Origin: Candidatus Woesearchaeota archaeon CG10_big_fil_rev_8_21_14_0_10_32_9 | Lineage (GTDB): Archaea; Nanobdellota; Nanobdellia; Woesearchaeales; 21-14-0-10-32-9 | DNA length: 39,941 nucleotides | Assembly: GCA_002762915.1 (NCBI GenBank) | Contig: PCYF01000029.1 | Span: forward strand, 1-39,941 | Direction of reading: 5' to 3' | Shown: one piece after another, positions 37,681 to 39,941 of the stretch | Layout: every line of letters begins with the position of its first letter | Position numbering within the stretch: position 1 is the stretch's first letter | Notes under the pieces: model-generated | Told to the model about the DNA's origin: nothing | Databases searched by the model: none | The model's input: the letters and a program-made list of their open reading frames with translations, nothing else | Translations under genes and position numbers: made by a program

Positions 37681-38688
37681 CTAATTAATATTTTTATATA
37701 TTAAAAATGGCTTGTTTTCTCTTATTAAATGTAGAGTTTCTTTAATTGTGTCTGCTTTCATTTGAAGAGAACAATCATACGTTTTAATGTAAGAATCTTT
37801 AATTATTTCAAATGCTTGTATAAACTTTTCTGCAACTATTTTGTCAGAATATACTGATAGTAATTTAGGATGAATTGTTAAAATATTATTCTTTAATATT
37901 TTTTGTACTTCAAGTAGTGCTACATTAGGATCTCCGCTTTTGAGCGAGGCATTATATATTGCTTGTTGCGCAGGACCAATAGATTTAATCATAGTTGAAA
38001 TTAAATCTTGATTTATTTGTTCATATGTAAGAGCTTTTTTCATGACTAATTCAGGCAAAGGATTTTCTTCTATGAAATCTTCGGCGTGTCTTTGCTCATC
38101 TACATCATTGCCCATATTTCTTAATTCATCCAGAAAATCATCCGGAATTAAAGGAAATAACACAGGTATTGTAAGATCAGTGAATTTAGTTGGCATTTTC
38201 TGATCAATCCAAGAAGCATATTTTTTTGTTATCCAATCTTTTCCAACTGCTGCAAATTCAAGTTTACTTGCAAAATAGTGATTTCCCAAAGATAATTGTT
38301 CTCCTCGTTCGTGTAGTGCGACATATTGTTCGAATTCAGTTGGAATCATATCTGTAACTACAAAAAGAGTCCAATCTCCTCGTTGTATTCCATCAAACAT
38401 GTTATATTGACAGTGTGCAAATCCTGGACCTGTAACATCAACAATGTGTTTTACTTCAGCATATTTTACTGCGGCATAAGTGAATTTGAAATCGTGTTTG
38501 TTAAAGTTCTTCCAACTATTTCTATTATTTACTTTTCTTATAAGTCCCTTCATGAAATCCTCTACCTCAAGATACAATTCAAGACTAACTTTTTGACTTA
38601 GTTTTTGATTTAATTCTACTTTTTGCTCTATTTTTTGTTCAAGTTTTTGTTGTTGAGATAATTCTTGACGCAGTTGTAAGGATAACAT
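37681..38688 (-). CDS. Hypothetical protein with Gln/Leu-rich N-terminus and HExxE...H motif
   Basis: 335-aa ORF, SD AGGTGA on minus strand; YVALHERGEQLSLGNH. Confidence 0.65.
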   Translation of the reverse strand: MLSLQLRQELSQQQKLEQKIEQKVELNQKLSQKVSLELYLEVEDFMKGLIRKVNNRNSWKNFNKHDFKFTYAAVKYAEVKHIVDVTGPGFAHCQYNMFDGIQRGDWTLFVVTDMIPTEFEQYVALHERGEQLSLGNHYFASKLEFAAVGKDWITKKYASWIDQKMPTKFTDLTIPVLFPLIPDDFLDELRNMGNDVDEQRHAEDFIEENPLPELVMKKALTYEQINQDLISTMIKSIGPAQQAIYNASLKSGDPNVALLEVQKILKNNILTIHPKLLSVYSDKIVAEKFIQAFEIIKDSYIKTYDCSLQMKADTIKETLHLIRENKPFLIYKNIN

Positions 38689-38766
38689 TTATTTCACCTG
38701 AGAGCTTGAAGAACACTCTCGAATTTATAAATATTTCTAGAAGTTACTACTTGGAAGTGAATGTGA

Positions 38767-39156
38767 TCAGGATTTGATTAGTTCTTCGAAAGAAAAACCT
38801 CTTCTTTCTACTACTTCTTGTGTGGCGCAAAAACTACCTTTACTCTGAACAAGATCTTCAATGGGAAGAAATTTCCAAGGTTTTCTAAAGAAACGAATAG
38901 CAACCCAAGGTTCAGCACCAAATTTCTCAGAGAAGTCTTTTAATTCAAGTATTTCTTTAGCTGTAAAATACTTTCTAGATTCAGTTGTGATCTTCGCCTC
39001 AATGGCGAGCTTTCTAAGATTATTTCCTGCAATTAAGTCCGGAGAAGGAAAACTAGTGGATCCTGAGCCTGCAGCACGAAAACAAGCCCATCCAACTTCC
39101 CAGAACTTGTGAACGAGATCACGTTCGGCATTGGTTCCTCTACTCTTTAAAGACAT
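38767..39156 (-). CDS. hjc: Holliday junction resolvase Hjc
   Basis: KSRGTNAERDL...RAAGSG...PDLIAG...AIEAK. Confidence 0.95.
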   Translation of the reverse strand: MSLKSRGTNAERDLVHKFWEVGWACFRAAGSGSTSFPSPDLIAGNNLRKLAIEAKITTESRKYFTAKEILELKDFSEKFGAEPWVAIRFFRKPWKFLPIEDLVQSKGSFCATQEVVERRGFSFEELIKS

Positions 39157-39255
39157 GCTAAAAACAACTCTTGCTCCTTTTTATAGTTTCTTAAATTTGC
39201 CAAAAAAACCCTGATTTTAAATTAAAGGCCGAAATAGGTTTCGTTTTTCATAATA

Positions 39256-39263
39256 TTTATAAA
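39256..39263 (+). promoter_or_regulatory. TATA box of histone gene
   Basis: TTTATAAA followed by GGAGGGGG SD (39286-39293) and ATG 39300. Confidence 0.6.
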
Positions 39264-39299
39264 TTAGGATTCTTTCGTAATATTTGGAGGGGGAATGAT

Positions 39300-39521
39300 A
39301 TGGCTAACAAAAAAGGAATACCTTTAGCTGCAATGGAAAGATTACTTAAAGATGCAGGAGCATATAGGGTTGCTGAACAAGCAAAAGTTGCACTAAAAGA
39401 AGCTTTAGAAACATACGCACTAAAAATAGGAGAAAGTGCAGTAAAATATTCAAATCATGCAGGAAGAAAAACAATAAAATCAGAAGACATAAAACTTGCA
39501 ACAAAGGTACAAGGTGATTAA
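39300..39521 (+). CDS. Archaeal histone (HMf family)
   Basis: [18 protein letters not shown]...[15 protein letters not shown] histone-fold motifs. Confidence 0.95.
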   Translation: MANKKGIPLAAMERLLKDAGAYRVAEQAKVALKEALETYALKIGESAVKYSNHAGRKTIKSEDIKLATKVQGD

Positions 39522-39523
39522 AA

Positions 39524-39941
39524 ATGATTGAATGGATAATATTAGGGGTTGTGGTGTTAGTAGCATTATTGATTATAATCTTATACAATTCATTAATTGG
39601 ACTAAGAAATCAAGTAGAAAATGCTTGGGCACAAATAGATGTACAATTAAAAAGAAGAAACGATTTGATTCCAAATTTAATTGAAACTGTAAAAGGATAC
39701 GCAAAACATGAAAAAAGTGTATTCACTGATGTAACCAAAGCAAGAACTGCTGTAATGAATGCTGGAACAAAAGAAGGAAAAGCAAAAGCATCAGGAGCAT
39801 TAACAGAAACCTTGAAAAGTTTATTTGCTGTCGCTGAAAATTATCCTCAACTAAAAGCAAATGAAAATTTCTTACAATTACAAGAAGAACTATCAGGAAC
39901 AGAAAACAAAATTGCTTACTCAAGACAATTTTACAATGACA
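39524..39941 (+). CDS. lemA: LemA family protein, 3'-truncated by the window (missing from ORF track)
   Basis: MIEWIILG...[43 protein letters not shown]...[22 protein letters not shown]. Confidence 0.93.
   Translation, partial: MIEWIILGVVVLVALLIIILYNSLIGLRNQVENAWAQIDVQLKRRNDLIPNLIETVKGYAKHEKSVFTDVTKARTAVMNAGTKEGKAKASGALTETLKSLFAVAENYPQLKANENFLQLQEELSGTENKIAYSRQFYND

Noticed and set aside
2751-38601. Numerous 60-150 aa antisense or alternate-frame ORFs in the track (e.g. 2751, 3753, 5144, 5402, 7393, 16166, 21086, 28293, 30546, 35819, 38326)
   Set aside because: They lie within or across longer, motif-supported genes and have no recognisable motifs.
39346-39923. Minus-strand ORFs 39346..39588 and 39723..39923
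   Set aside because: Antisense shadows of the histone and lemA genes.

Overview
AT-rich archaeal chromosome segment, most likely from a DPANN (Nanoarchaeota/Woesearchaeales-like) organism. The archaeal assignment rests on a histone, Hjc, RPA, NAC, Sec61-beta, aMBF1, MinD, a PRC-barrel protein, an RNase P RNA and TATA-box promoters; the DPANN assignment is inference from gene content. The first ~14 kb is a co-oriented run of 15 genes with class III (type IV prepilin-like) signal peptides, plus two unannotated hydrophobic micro-ORFs. The run ends in a ~1,008-aa prepilin-like protein carrying two peptidoglycan-degrading domains (a Zn-amidase of the Amidase_2 family and a 3D/MltA-like domain). 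Other members carry a TPM domain, beta-defensin-like six-Cys heads and possibly a degenerate Amidase_3 fold. Archaea do not make murein, so the best candidate for a new system is a pilus/pseudopilus-displayed apparatus for attaching to and breaching bacterial cell walls (inference). Further on are an ABC-2 exporter with a membrane-anchored HTH regulator, two pilins that share a ~150-aa N-terminal module but have different adhesin heads (flanking a compact RNase P RNA), a GT2/GT-C glycan cluster, a small patch of orphan genes and housekeeping genes. No CRISPR array, tRNA, rRNA or transposase was recognised.
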